A stretch of 64,000 nt of DNA from Octopus sinensis (taxonomy: Eukaryota): positions 28,954,001 through 29,018,000 of the forward strand of contig NC_043001.1 in NCBI RefSeq assembly GCF_006345805.1. The letters are read 5' to 3'. Within the stretch, counting starts at the first letter, position 1. Every line of letters starts with the position of its first letter. Positions 11,939-23,812 of the stretch are shown here, in pieces. Both the position numbers and the translations under genes were made by a program. The notes beneath the pieces were generated by a model. The model made no database searches. It had not been told where the DNA came from and worked only from the letters and a program-made list of their open reading frames with translations.

Positions 11939-12034
<96 letters not shown>

Positions 12035-12035
12035 T
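11900..12035. repeat. Compound (TA)n/(TG)n microsatellite
   Basis: Read directly from the sequence. Confidence 0.95.
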
Positions 12036-12055
12036 ATGTATGTGAGTATATATAC

Positions 12056-12785
12056 AAGCTGACCTCACCCCCCCCAAAAAAAAACGGAACCCATAAAAAT
12101 GTTATGAAACCGGGAGTGACGCCTGGTTCTAGACGCCATTGTGGAACATTCATCCACACATGCGCATAGAATTAGAGCTTTCCGGAGATCTGACGGAAGC
12201 CCCTTATGCGCATGTACAGTCATCAGCAGCTAGGCTTGATCACCCATTCATCTTCTTCGGCCCTGGCTTCTGACCAGACAGGACGCAACTTAGACCAGCT
12301 CCGAGGAGCTGGAATTTTGACGGAGAGCGACGTTGCGAGTCTGTCAAAATGCCTTTGTATTTTTGTGTCTAACTTCCAGCACTGCTGCTTCTCGCCCACC
12401 AAGGCGTCCAGGCTACCGATGTCCAGAGACGAAATGTTTATTCAGGCGAAATAAATTATTATTGTTATTTGTTCAGAGAGATCTTGTCCTCGCCTTTTCC
12501 TCCCATGAACTATATATGGAACTGTGAAGCACCCATCCAGTGCCAACTCATTTCCTACAAATCCTACAAAGGTCCAGCAGTCGTTTGAGGGTTGTTCTGG
12601 TAAACATTATCCTTGAGATATCCCCACAGATAGAAATCTGGAGGAGGGATTCAAGTCCGGTGAATGCGGTGCCTACTCAACGTCACACTTCCTGCCAATC
12701 AGTCTCTCTTGAAATTGCTCTCTCAGCCAGGCTAGGGAGTCATTTGATGCGTTGGGGTGGCCCTGTCTTGCTGGAACCACTGTTC
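12056..12785 (-). mobile_element. Tc1/mariner (rosa/DD41D-like) 3' remnant, interrupted by an LTR-like repeat
   Basis: The minus strand of 12600-12780 encodes QQD.AT.H...LAWLREQFQERLIGRKCDVE*APHSPDLNP..DFYLWGYLKDNVYQNNPQT. A degenerate TA-flanked TIR lies near 12056-12090. Confidence 0.7.
12100..12530 (+). mobile_element. LTR-like repeat, related to 47402-48210
   Basis: Starts with TG and has AATAAA near 12451. GACGCCATTGTGGAACATTC...CATAGAATTAG...GGAAGCCCCTTATGCGCATG aligns with 47407-47495. Confidence 0.45.
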
Positions 12786-12789
12786 ATCT

Positions 12790-13080
12790 CGATCTATCCC
12801 TTTGCGTCGTCCTTTTTTTATTTTATTTATGCGCCCTTTTCAAGCCTAGCCAGGCTCATGGGCCCGGTTTCCCCGGTTTCTGTGGCGTATGTCCCCCCAC
12901 CCAGCTGGACGGGACGCCAATCCATCGCAGCGTTACTCAAGAAACAAGAAGAAAGAGTGAGAGCAAGTTGGAGCGAAAGAGTAAACAGGGGACGCCACAC
13001 ACAATGCCCGGTCTGAGAATCGAAACCTCGATCCACCGACGGCGAGTTCGCTGCCCTAACCACTAGGCCATTGCGCCACC
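12790..13080 (-). mobile_element. SINE family B
   Basis: The head reads GGCGCAATGGCCTAGTGGTTAGGGCAGCGAACTCGCCGTCGG...GGTTTCGATTCTC on the minus strand. Confidence 0.85.
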
Positions 13081-15036
13081 ACATTGCGTCGTCCTAGTGA
13101 TGCCCAAAACTTCCTCAAGATTTGTGGGTTTTGTTTTGTTTGGGTCACCTGTATGTACAATGTATACATATATGCGGGTTCTAGTTTTGTCCCTTTTTTT
13201 TATCAAGGATTTATTTTTGTACTTTTGTATGAGATCCTTGTAATTTTGCTTGAAATTGTACTGTTTTTAAATCCACCATCAATGTTACTAGACCTTCATA
13301 GTCTCATCTTCGGGATGATGTGGTGTTGCTGTATGTTGCCACGTGTTTATAGTAGTAGGCCGGGACTATGTGTCTGAATTCTGAATTTTGACCATTAGAA
13401 TGACACACCTGTAGTCAAGTGTCTGTTGTTGTTTGCGACTGGAGACGTTGTTTGTATATTTTGGCGTTGCAATGCAATACTATGTATGAGAGGTTGCGTG
13501 GCCTAGAGGTTAGGGTGTTGTACTCATGATCGTGAGATTGTGGTTTCGATTTTCGGATTGAGCAAAACTCTTCATTTCAAGTTGCTCTGCGATGGCATCC
13601 ACATCTGATGTGTGGAACAACATGCACCTGTACAGACTATGTTGATTTGATGAAGGGAATGAACTTATATAGCACAAACATTTGATCACTATAGACAAGT
13701 CATCTGTGCAGATTGTTCAACAAGAAATTGCCGAACAATCCTGTTGTCCACGACAAGAGAGCTGGCGAATGCCATGTGTAATGCTAGGAATTATTGCGTT
13801 TGTTATAAGCTATTTTTTTTACGTTTATCAATTTGTGTTGCAAGAATCCTGATGTGAAATAGTGTGTTGAAACAGATATTGTTGTATTTCAAGATGGTCG
13901 TTTTTTTTTTTGCCAAATAAATATGCACAGTATATATTTGCTCTTCACTGGTTTATTACTGTTCTTATTTTAACTCATGTTATTTTAACCCATTTATGAT
14001 ACAAATAAGATGATACTTTTTCGAACGCAGATTTGCCGTTAGAACAGCAGAAATACTGGCTAAATTATCCTAAGCACACCCGATAAACTGCTTAGCGACA
14101 TTTCATCCGATTTATGTTCTGAGTTCAAATACCATGGATCTATAAAATAAGTGCCGGTTGAATACTGAGGACGATATAATGAACCTTACTCTCTCTCAAA
14201 TTTCCATACCTTGTGCTATAGTTGAAAGGATCGCTAATCGTCTATTCTGAGGAAAATTCTATAAGTGTATTTTCATAGATTTGTTGTCTACTAACGTATT
14301 TAATCGTCTATTTTGTGGGTAATTCTATAGTGTTTAGGTCTGTTGTCTACGAACATATTTCTGTCTAGTGTTGTTTTGCTGCATGTCGTGTTTATAATTT
14401 CTCTTTGTTGTAAGACATGATAAACCAGTGGAAAGTGTTGTAATTGCCCAACCAATATTGCAGTTAGAGTATATGACAGCGAGCTGATAGTCATTGGCAC
14501 ACCAGGCAAAATACTTAGCAGTATTTCGTCCGTCTTCGCGTTCTGACTTTAATTGTTACCAAATCTGATCTTGTCTTTCATCCTTTCAGTGTCAAAATTT
14601 GAAACCAAATACAGTCAAGTTTATACAACTTGGCAATCGAATTTATAAATCTCATTGGTTTTTCGTTGCTTGTACACATGTTATTGATTGATGCTGATAA
14701 AGTTTGTATTTGTAGTGTTTTCGTTGTATATTAATATAGTTAATTAACTATTTGAAATAATGTATTTTGGGTGTGTTTTTTTTATCGGGTTTTATAAAGT
14801 GTATTAATGTAATCTCCTGTTAATATGCATTTAATTCATTTGATACACTTTATGTGTTTTTAATAGATGTGGTATTCAGTTAATTTATTGAAGTGTATTT
14901 CCCATATTTTGTTCTATTACTTGGTCTGTTTGAGATATTATTCGTTACTGTCTGATACTTGCTTTATCCAGTGAACTTCTTTATTAGAAAAATATAGCAC
15001 AAGTCACAATCCACTTAAAAGTTAAGCTTATGAAAC

Positions 15037-16001
15037 TGTAGCGCTTAGTGAAATACATTATCTCTCTTTGAGAGATATAATACAAATGCGGATGTGGCGT
15101 ATAACAGCCGGCCTTCGGCTGCTTAGGCCCAGTTGTGTCCGTTGCTCTGATTGGTTGGTTTTGGTGCAGTTTTGTCTCTTGCTTTATTTCGCGCCAATGT
15201 GTAAACCAACCAATCGCAGTCTTCAGATAAGGTCCCGTGACACTGTTTTTCTAAAGCTCGTTTGAGCCAACTAATCTCTTTAAAAGCTAGTCACAACAAA
15301 CCATTACTTGTCTTTGGTTCTAGTCCTTCTTAGGACTAACCTCTGACCGCAGAGCGACTCAGCCAGTTCCAGCGACCGCGACACCAACACCACCAGCAGT
15401 ATTTAGGACCTTTTTCCACCATCGCCTAAATCTTATCGTCGCCTTTCAATCTTAACGTCGTCTCCACCACCATCTCAATACGTACACATTAACATCGCCC
15501 AGGTTTAAACTCCAAGCTGTTTGTGAATACTCACCAAGGTTAACAGCTAGCCTACCTGCGAGAACTTTCTGTATTAAGTAACTCGGCACAGCATTGAAGC
15601 CACAACCGCTACACGACATGTGTTCAACCGGCATCTGCCTTGTGACCACCAACCTCTTTGTTATAGAACTAACTATTGTGTATCTTACTACGAACTGGTA
15701 TTTATCTCCATCTTGTGTGAATTACTTCTAGCGTCATGATAGACTCATTTCCATGCTCTGAATTTTATCTCACGCATACACCTTGTTTGTACTTATAACA
15801 CACATACGTACACAAACACTCTGCTACCCACATGTCAACACCTAAATAAAACCTTTTCTCTTAAACATTCTAACGGTTGTGTTGGCTTCTCTTCTTATTC
15901 CATTTTGGTACTCTTATTTGGCTTTTATTATAAGGCAACGGTGTGGTGTTTAAAAGGAGACCTTCATTTGTCACCATCTCCTTTTGTACGGTCGTTCTAC
16001 A
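15037..16001 (+). mobile_element. Solo LTR (gypsy-like), 965 bp
   Basis: TGTAG...CTACA termini with a 4-bp target duplication AAAC (15033-15036 and 16002-16005). Contains internal CCAAT boxes and AATAAA near 15845. Confidence 0.8.
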
Positions 16002-16129
16002 AAACTAATCACGGTGACAAACTCACAAATCTTACTACATTTCCTTGTTTTTGAAGAGAATTCCACCAAGCACATATTCCACGGAACTGTAAAAATATAC
16101 GAACGAAACAAACCTGCTCGACTCATGGT

Positions 16130-16400
16130 ATCTCAAACCTAGATAAGTCACCTACCTCTAAGCCAGCGACAAAGAGGTAGGTGTCAGGGCTTGTCGGTGA
16201 ACATTTCTTCCAGTCTTTGCATTTGAGACATTTGGAGGAGTTGGGCTGCTGATAACAAAGTTCTGGTCATCGTTAGGGACTTTCCTTACCGAAGTGTCAG
16301 ATGATGTCTGTGAGGGCGCTTGGCTGTTCCAACGCTTTAGCCTTGCCATCACCCACAGAAAGACCGCGATCGTGTTGGCTTGCTTCAATAAGTTCCATTG
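16130..16400 (+). mobile_element. Degenerate restriction-like-endonuclease (RLE) non-LTR element C-terminus
   Basis: EVGVRGLVGEHFF...TEVSDDVCEGAWLFQRFSLAIT resembles the E-V-G-x-R-G...W-L-W end of RLE-type ORFs. Confidence 0.4.
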
Positions 16401-17203
16401 ACCCTTATGGTGTGCCTCTAATTGATGCACTTAGTGTTGAATTGATGTTTTTCTTTTTTCTTTCACTCATGATTGTGTTTTCTTCGGTTTGGGATTTGTA
16501 TTTTAATGTGGGATATTTATGCAATTAAGTACGATGTAAGTATTGTGTAAAAGTATAACTACACCTAGACAAATGTTCAGATCTTTTCTGTTTCATTGTA
16601 CTTTTTGAAATTTTAAAATTAAGTGAAAATTTTCAAATTTGATGTAATAATGTAATTTTCCACGCTGAATCTCAGGGCTTAATTCACTCGTTCCAGAAAG
16701 TTATTCTTTTATTTTTTTAAATCAGAGGTTTAAAGTTTGATAACTTTCACCGAGTTAGAAAACAGGATTTGGAAGATGTCATTTTGTGTGTGACTGCAAC
16801 CATAGACGACAAAAATAATGTCAACATTGTACGATAGCGCGTGTTTTAAGCATTCAATAAGCGAAAAATGACAAGAAAAATATAAATAAAAATAAAAATA
16901 GAAATGAGTAAACAACACATATTTTGTAGTTTTACGCATTTAATGAGTAAGCAACACATTTTGTAGTTTTAAGAGCAGAAAAAGACGGGTAGAAGTTGGA
17001 AAGCACAGCGTCAAATATCAGTTTGTAAACAGGTGGTTTTTCACAAATGCTTTCCAACGCTTGACTTGTTACAATGGAAAGAGGCACCTATATTTTTGTG
17101 GCTTTTGATTGGCTAAGGTTATCCAAAATTTGTAAACTTTAAAAGCCATTAACTGTTTATTTACTGATTTATGGCGAAAATAAATTTCCTGTCAATAATG
17201 AAC

Positions 17204-17241
<38 letters not shown>

Positions 17242-17418
17242 TGAACATACAAAAAAACTACACAAAATTTGAAATGGATTGGAACAAAATTGGAGGAATT
17301 GAAAAGTGGAAGCCAAACTGAAAAGATTCAAATGTTCTTCAAATGTTTTCAACACTGCTAAACTATACATACGTGAAACATACTGTCAACTGAGGAAATT
17401 CTGTAAAATAGAGTATTT

Positions 17419-18339
17419 TGTAGGGCGACCATACGAAAGGAGATGGTGACGAATGTCTCCTTTAAACACTGCACGGTCGCCTTACAATAAAGCCAAAATA
17501 AGTGCCAAAAGGAATAATATGACGACACAACCGTAATGTAAGAAAAAGGTTTTGTTTAGATGTCTTCGTGAGTAGCAGAGTGTGTGTTCGTGAGTGCGAC
17601 AAGTGTGTGTATGTGTGTGTATTTGTGTACGTGTGTGCGTTATAAGTGTGTACATAACAATACAGAGCATAGAAAGAGTGTCCAGACACAAATGGAGATA
17701 ATTACCAGTTCGTTGTAATGAACACAATAGCAGAGATTCTGTAACAGAGAAGCTGAGGCTACAAAGTGGAGAGCCGGTTACTACGCGTGTAGAGGTTGTG
17801 GCTTCTATCCTATGCCGGGTTACTTTGTACAGAAAGTTCTTGCAGGCAGACTGAGCTGTTAACCTTGGTGAGTATTCACAAACAGCATGAAGTTAAACCT
17901 GGACGATGTTGATGTGTACATATTGCTGAAGTCGACGGTGGAGAAAGGTCATGAAATACTGCGGTGGTGTTGGTGTCGTCGCTGTCTGATGCAGGAACAT
18001 GGCTGAGTCGCTCGAACTGGCTGTCTGTCGCTGGATGCTCTGTGGTCAATGGTCTAGGACCAAAGACGAATAATGGTTTGTTGATCTAACCTTATAAAGA
18101 GATTAATGGGCTCCAGAGAAGAACCTAGAAGACTGTGTCACGGGACCTTATCTGAAGGTTGCGATTGGTTGGTTTACACATTGGCGCGAAATAAAGCAGG
18201 AGATAAAATGCACCAAAACCAACCAATTAGAGTAGCGGCACAACTGGGCCTAAGCAGCTGAAGGATGGCTGTTATCTGCCACGTCCTCATTTATATGATA
18301 TCTCTCAAAGAGGGATAATGTATTTCACTAAGCGCTACA
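17419..18339 (-). mobile_element. Solo LTR of the same family as 15037-16001, inverted
   Basis: TGTAG...CTACA termini with flanks ATTT/ACTT (one mismatch). Reverse-complement homology runs along the whole length. Confidence 0.8.
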
Positions 18340-18850
18340 ACTTTATTATGGATGTACAGGGTCTGCTCAGCAACATTTCAGTGGCAGAAATAATAAAAGC
18401 CACATTAATATATGTATAAAAATATGCAACAATAAAACCACCCATAATGTTAATGTACACGTCAAAGAAATTTCTAATGTACTGCGCAACAGATGTACCG
18501 TTTTATAGTCTTGTAGTGGCACAAGCAGTCAGCGCCATATTGGATGAGATCTTGCGGCAGTCATTGCCATCTCCGAGACTGGAGCGAGACCTCACCAGCA
18601 TCCATTTGCCATGTTCGAGATGACAACGAGGCTCGCGATGGCAAACTATATATAAGGGCAAAACAGAAACAGATGCATATAGAACACGACTGATAAAAGA
18701 TAATAACATACACATTCCACTGGTTAAATAGGGTTTTCATATTATCATTGTGTGAAATGTTACGTGATTCAGCAAAAAGAATCCGTTGAGCAGCAGAGAA
18801 GGGGAGATAATTCCCAGATTATAATCAACGAAAAAAAATAAAAAATAAAC

Positions 18851-19258
18851 GAGTGGCTGTGTGGTAAGTAGCTTGCTTACCAACCACATGGTTCCGGGTT
18901 CAGTCCCACTGCGTCGCACTTTGGGCAAGTGTCTTCTGCTATAGCCTCGGGCCGACCAATGCTTTGTAAGTGGATTTGGTAGATGGAAACTCAAAGAAGC
19001 CCGTCGTATATATGTATGTATATATATATGTGTGTGTATGTATGTTTGTGTGTCTGTTTGTCCCCCCCCACCATCGCTTGACAACCGATGCTGGTGTGTT
19101 TACGTCCCCGTCACTTAGCGGTTCGGCAAAAAGAGACCGATAGAATAAGTACTGGGCTTACAAAGAATAAGTCCTGGGGTCGATTTGCTCGACTAAAGGT
19201 GGTGCTCCAGCATGGCCGCAGTCAAATAACTGAAACAAGTAAAAGAGTAAAAGAGTAA
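18851..19258 (+). mobile_element. SINE family A, near full length
   Basis: Has the GAGTGGCTGTGTGGTAAG head, the GGTTCAGTCCC B-box and an (AAAAGAGT)n tail. Confidence 0.92.
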
Positions 19259-19504
19259 CGAATTAGATAAATAGAAAATAAGATAGCGCGAAATATGACT
19301 AGGTAAATATGCATAAAATAATATGGGAAGTAGCTGAAAGTGGAAATAGCAGGAGTTTTTATTTTCTTTGTGTGGCATAAGTGCCAGCATAAACATCACA
19401 AATATATTTAGACCCAAAAAACTAAAGTATGTTAACATACACACACACGCACGCACGCACGCACACGCACACACGCGCACGCGCAAACACACACATCTTT
19501 TAGA

Positions 19505-19640
19505 GTTGTGGGATGACGTCAGCAGCTGGACGTCAGCAGCCGGACGTCAGCAGCCGGGTGTGTTGACCGGAAGCAGGGCAAGCGGAAGGGGTCAGCTGTC
19601 AGGCGTGCGCAGCGAGCGGAAATCGCCCTTTCCAACGTGG
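19505..19640 (+). promoter_or_regulatory. Putative CpG-rich core promoter: CRE repeats plus ETS motifs
   Basis: TGACGTCA at 19514-19521 sits in three tandem 13-bp GACGTCAGCAGC units. CCGGAAG at 19567, GCGGAAG at 19582 and GCGGAAA near 19616 follow. This is the only non-repeat GC/CpG-rich island in the window and lies directly upstream of a splice donor. Confidence 0.7.
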
Positions 19641-19773
19641 GTCGTGGAGGTGACAAGACGTGCGAGGACGTCGCTAAGGGTTTGGGCTAGCAGCTGCTAT
19701 CGTTAGTGTTCGGGTCGGGGCTGTGAGGAAGGACTAGTCATCTCTGGAGGGTCTCCGTCACTACGAAGAGAAG
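19640..19773 (+). other. Putative non-coding exon 1 (start approximate)
   Basis: Strong donor GAAG|GTAGGT at 19773/19774 ends the CpG island. Confidence 0.6.
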
Positions 19774-19898
19774 GTAGGTGCCTCTATATTCAAATCGCGC
19801 ACTCACTACAGAGTTAGAGATAATTTAAATAAATGAAGAATTTATTGTTTCGTATTTTTGGTACGCCTTTGCAGCGAACTCCAATGAACTTCCTCTCT

Positions 19899-19936
<38 letters not shown>

Positions 19937-19940
19937 CAAA

Positions 19941-20365
19941 TGTAGCAGGTAACAGCTAACCTTTGGAAGCTGTTTTGGACCCCGTTGTGTCTATTACTCT
20001 GATTGGTTGGTATTGGCGCAATTTGTCTCTTACTCTATCGCACGCCAATATGCAACCTAACCAATTGCCACTCCAAATGAATCATGTGAGAAGTCTATTC
20101 TAAACTACATTTGAGCCTACCGTTAGCTATAAAAACTCACTTCCTCCTAGCCTCGGGGTCTTTTGCTTCCAGACCTTCTAAGGTCAAACCACTGACCACA
20201 TTACAGTGACCTCCATCTTCATCGCCACCATCATGTCTCTCACCAACATCGTTAGCAACATCTATAAACAGCACCGACAACACTGCACAGGTTCTAACAT
20301 ATCGCTGTTCATGAGCTTCCTCACCAGGGTTAACAGCAAACATACAACCCAGGCAGATGCATGTA
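19941..20365 (+). mobile_element. Diverged LTR fragment related to the two solo LTRs
   Basis: Starts TGTAGC and shares CTCTGATTGGTTGG...GCGCCAAT...AACCAATTG and TCACCAGGGTTAACAGC blocks with 15037-16001. Confidence 0.65.
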
Positions 20366-20602
20366 GATATATGAATAAATGTCTATCAACCACTTCCATT
20401 TATCATTCAACTTGTGTATATATATGTGTGATTGGGATTTAAGACGTTTAAAGTTACCACCTTGTTCCATGAATTTCCTTATACCGTTTTCCTGTCAAAT
20501 GATATTACAGCCTTCTGAGTAGAATCACATTAGATGGCGCAACAACATATCCATCTATACCTTTATTTCTGTGTGCATGTGTGTGTGTATTATGTATGCA
20601 CA

Positions 20603-20648
<46 letters not shown>

Positions 20649-21149
20649 ACACACGCACACACACACACGCACACACACACATACGAGTTTGTATTGAATA
20701 GGACTTCAAGTCACGCCTTATGGCTTGTTGAACCAGTTGAATACAGATACATGTATGTATTTTATTTAGAAATACAGAATTCACTTTGAAGGTACCTGCC
20801 AGTGTGATCGAATCTGGAACCACGAGAAATCCAAGCAAACTTCTCAACCACATGGCTTGCTGTATTCATCTGTAGAGTGTGTATATGCCTTTAGTCTAAC
20901 ATATTTATTTAAATATCGGTAAGGCAAGTCAAAGTGAAAGAAAGAGAGAAAACGATTGAGGGTCAGCAAAATTCCTATACTAATCTTCATTTTTTAAATA
21001 TTTTTTACAGAAATTCATAGGAAACACATTCTTTGACATATTACAAGAACAAGAGAAAACAAAAATTGTTAAAGGCTATTTCTGACACATCGAAGAAAGC
21101 TCGATCCTCTAGGTTACTTATTTTCTTGCATGTAAGTTTCCTTCAAGGA

Positions 21150-21249
21150 ATGTATGCCATGATGGCAACTCAAAGGTTTCCCTCCAGTTTTCTTCTAACT
21201 GGATTGATGGCATTTCTTCTACTGATGATTTCGAATGTGACATTTGCTG
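21150..21249 (+). CDS. Mesothelin/otoancorin/stereocilin-like protein, coding exon 1 (signal peptide)
   Basis: Encodes MYAMMATQRFPSSFLLTGLMAFLLLMISNVTFA (hydrophobic core, T-F-A cleavage-like end). Donor G|GTAAGT, phase 1. Acceptors at 21011 and 21148. Confidence 0.8.
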
Positions 21250-21557
21250 GTAAGTAACATATACGGTTCTCCATACGTCTTTGCTTAATAACATTTTTAT
21301 ATGGTCAGTTTTGTGTAACTCCTAGCCATTTTTGTTTTGTCCTGGTAATATCCTTCAGCGATTGCACATGTTGACTCACAATATTCTGATTTCGAAAGTC
21401 AAACTTTGCCTTTCATCTGAGATCAACGGTATCAATTAACCCCTATTCATCAAAATTACTGGCCTTGTGTCTAAACCATTGTTTGTTACTGTTGTTGTGA
21501 AGCTTATGAAGTCTTGCCAAAACCATGAACAGTCATAGTTGCAACGACTGACAGCAG

Positions 21558-21589
<32 letters not shown>

Positions 21590-21624
21590 TATTATTATTA
21601 TTATTATTATTATTATTGTTATTG

Positions 21625-21810
21625 AGGTGGCGAGCAAGCTGAATCATTAGCAAGCTGGGCAAAATGCTTCGTGGTACTTCATCCATCTTTATGTTCTGAG
21701 TTCAAATACTACTGGGGATGATAAAATAAATACCAGTTGAGCACTGGGGTCGATGTAATCGACTTAACCCTTCCCTTAAAATGTCAGGCCTTCTGCCTAT
21801 AGTAGAAAAG
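21625..21810 (+). mobile_element. SINE family D, degenerate
   Basis: GAGGTGGCGAGC...TTCTGAGTTCAAAT...CACTGGGGTCGATGTAATCGAC. Confidence 0.7.
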
Positions 21811-21829
21811 ATTATTATTACTATTAATA

Positions 21830-22377
21830 TTGAGTGAGAGATTAGTGCATGCCATCAAAGTAACACCAGGGTAAATTATATGTAGCCCAGTATACCCATC
21901 ATGACTACCCGTCTGATAAGGGTATACCAGGCACATGCATCACAACCATATGTGCGTGACATGGTGATCTCATATCAAGATAAACAGTGCATGACCTTGC
22001 AGGAGGGGCCCAGTTAGAATTTTCTTCTAGTCAAGTAGCCCATCCCACTCAAAAGGTCCCTGAATAAAGATTGTTTAAGGATGTTGAAAGAACTACCCAT
22101 GTTTCCAAAGGTGAATCATCCAAACCTCCAAAAATTCCTTTCAACATACGGCCATGATGCTCTCCCACTACTTCTGCTCATGATCAGAGATGCACATATC
22201 GTCAGCCACTAAGGGTCATGCTCAACAGGTTATGGTCAAACAACTGACAAGCAAATCAGTGGATTGAGCAAAATATTTGCTGTAGCCCATCTTTTATACC
22301 AAGACAAAACAATGTACATGATAACACTTCCAGTCAGTTAAGATCAGAAGCCATGAGAGCCACTGCCTGGTACTGCA

Positions 22378-22378
<1 letters not shown>
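21830..22378. repeat. Unclassified dispersed repeat of about 550 bp; second copy at 62365-62850
   Basis: High similarity between the two loci, and both abut (ATT)n tracts. Confidence 0.85.
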
Positions 22379-22410
<32 letters not shown>

Positions 22411-22414
22411 CATT

Positions 22415-23240
22415 ATTTACTTTTGATCTGCATGCTTGTTACAATCACTTGCTGTGCTGAGACACATCCAGTGTCCTAGGGCGAGTGAAGGGTAAGAGAT
22501 GTTACAGTATGACTGAAATCTTGGCGAGGGTAAGTGATAGGGGCAGTAGAGAAATATCTTCATGTAATACTACACAGTCATTTAAATCAATAGGCTTTTT
22601 CTAATGATGTGGGCAGTACTTATCAGTATAATCTTTTGAATTTCTCTGAGACATGGTTCTCCTGGGATATTATCTAGATGTTTTTGACATCCCTTTTTTA
22701 TCATACCTAGGGTACCTACAATAACAGGAACAGTTCTCGCTTTAAGATGCCACATCTTTTGTATTTCAATTTTCAGGTCCTTACATTTACTTAATTTGTC
22801 AAATTCCTTTACAGTGGGAATACTTACATCTCTTGGACTACAAGTATTTTCTTCTCTGTCTTCAATGACTATGTCTGGTTGATTAGCTTGGATCGTTCTG
22901 TTGGTGTTGACTGGAAAATCCCAGAGGATAGTGACATTTTTGCCTTTAACGACTGGCTCAAGATGATGTTCATACCAGTAAGCAGGAGTGCTGATTTTGT
23001 AGTGTTTACATATTTTCCAATGAAAATACTGTCCTACTCTATCAGAGCAAGTTTTGTATTTGTTTGGTGTCAGCATAGGACATCCTGAGACAAGTTGGTC
23101 TATTGTTTCATCAAGCAAATTTCAAAATCTGCATTTAGGGTCAGAACCATTTTGAAGAACATTAGCCTGGTAGTTTTTGGTAAGCAAGCTTTGGTCTTGT
23201 GCTACTAATATGAAACCTTCAGTCTGTGCTTTCAGTCCTC
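22415..23240 (-). mobile_element. R4/Dong-clade non-LTR retrotransposon, 3' part
   Basis: Encodes ETIDQLVSGCPML...HWKICKHY...ILWDFPVNTNRTIQANQPDIVI...KLSKCKDLKIEIQKMW...VGTLG (CCHC plus PD..D RLE), with an (ATT)n tract at its 3' side. Confidence 0.88.
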
Positions 23241-23349
23241 TACTTCTCAGCCACTGATGGATTGTTGCTTGGTCTACATCAGCATTTCAGCTTTGAAATT
23301 AATGAGGAAGCTATGTGCCTGGAACAATCTGGAGAAAAATCACTAATGT

Positions 23350-23812
23350 CGATGACTGGCATCCATGCTAGTGGAGTGCTAAGTGCACCATCAGAGTGTG
23401 ATCGTTGCCAAAGCAGCTAACTGGCTTCCATGCCAGTGGCATGTAAGAAGCACCATTCGAGTGCAATCGTTACCAGTGTCACCTTACTGGCACTTGTGCT
23501 GGTGGCATGTGAAAAAACATTTGAGCAAGGTTGTTGCCAGTGCCGCTGGACTGGCTCCTGTGCAGGTGGCATGTAAAAACACCATTTGAGTGGCCGTTGC
23601 CAGTTCCACCTGACTGGCCCTCATGCCGGTGGCATGTAAAAGCACCCATTACACTCTGAGTGGTTGGCATTAGGAAGGGCATCCAGCTGTAGAAACTCTG
23701 CCAGATAAGATTGGAGCCTGGTGCAGCCATCTGGTTCGCCAGTCCTCAGTCAAATCATCCAACCCAAGCTAGCATGGAAAGCGGACATTAAACGATGATG
23801 ATGATGATGATG
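23350..23812 (+). mobile_element. SINE family C with about 4-5 tandem ~60-bp 5' units
   Basis: Repeated GGTGGCATGTAAAAAGCACC units, then the constant core and a (GAT)n tail. Confidence 0.88.

Noticed and set aside
16700-17150. Possible divergent minus-strand gene start (CCAAT and GTAAACA motifs)
   Set aside because: No convincing donor and no downstream minus-strand exons were found.
22330-22378. Slight resemblance of the repeat end (minus strand) to the U1 snRNA 5' end
   Set aside because: Similarity is limited to about 25 nt with many mismatches and does not extend further.
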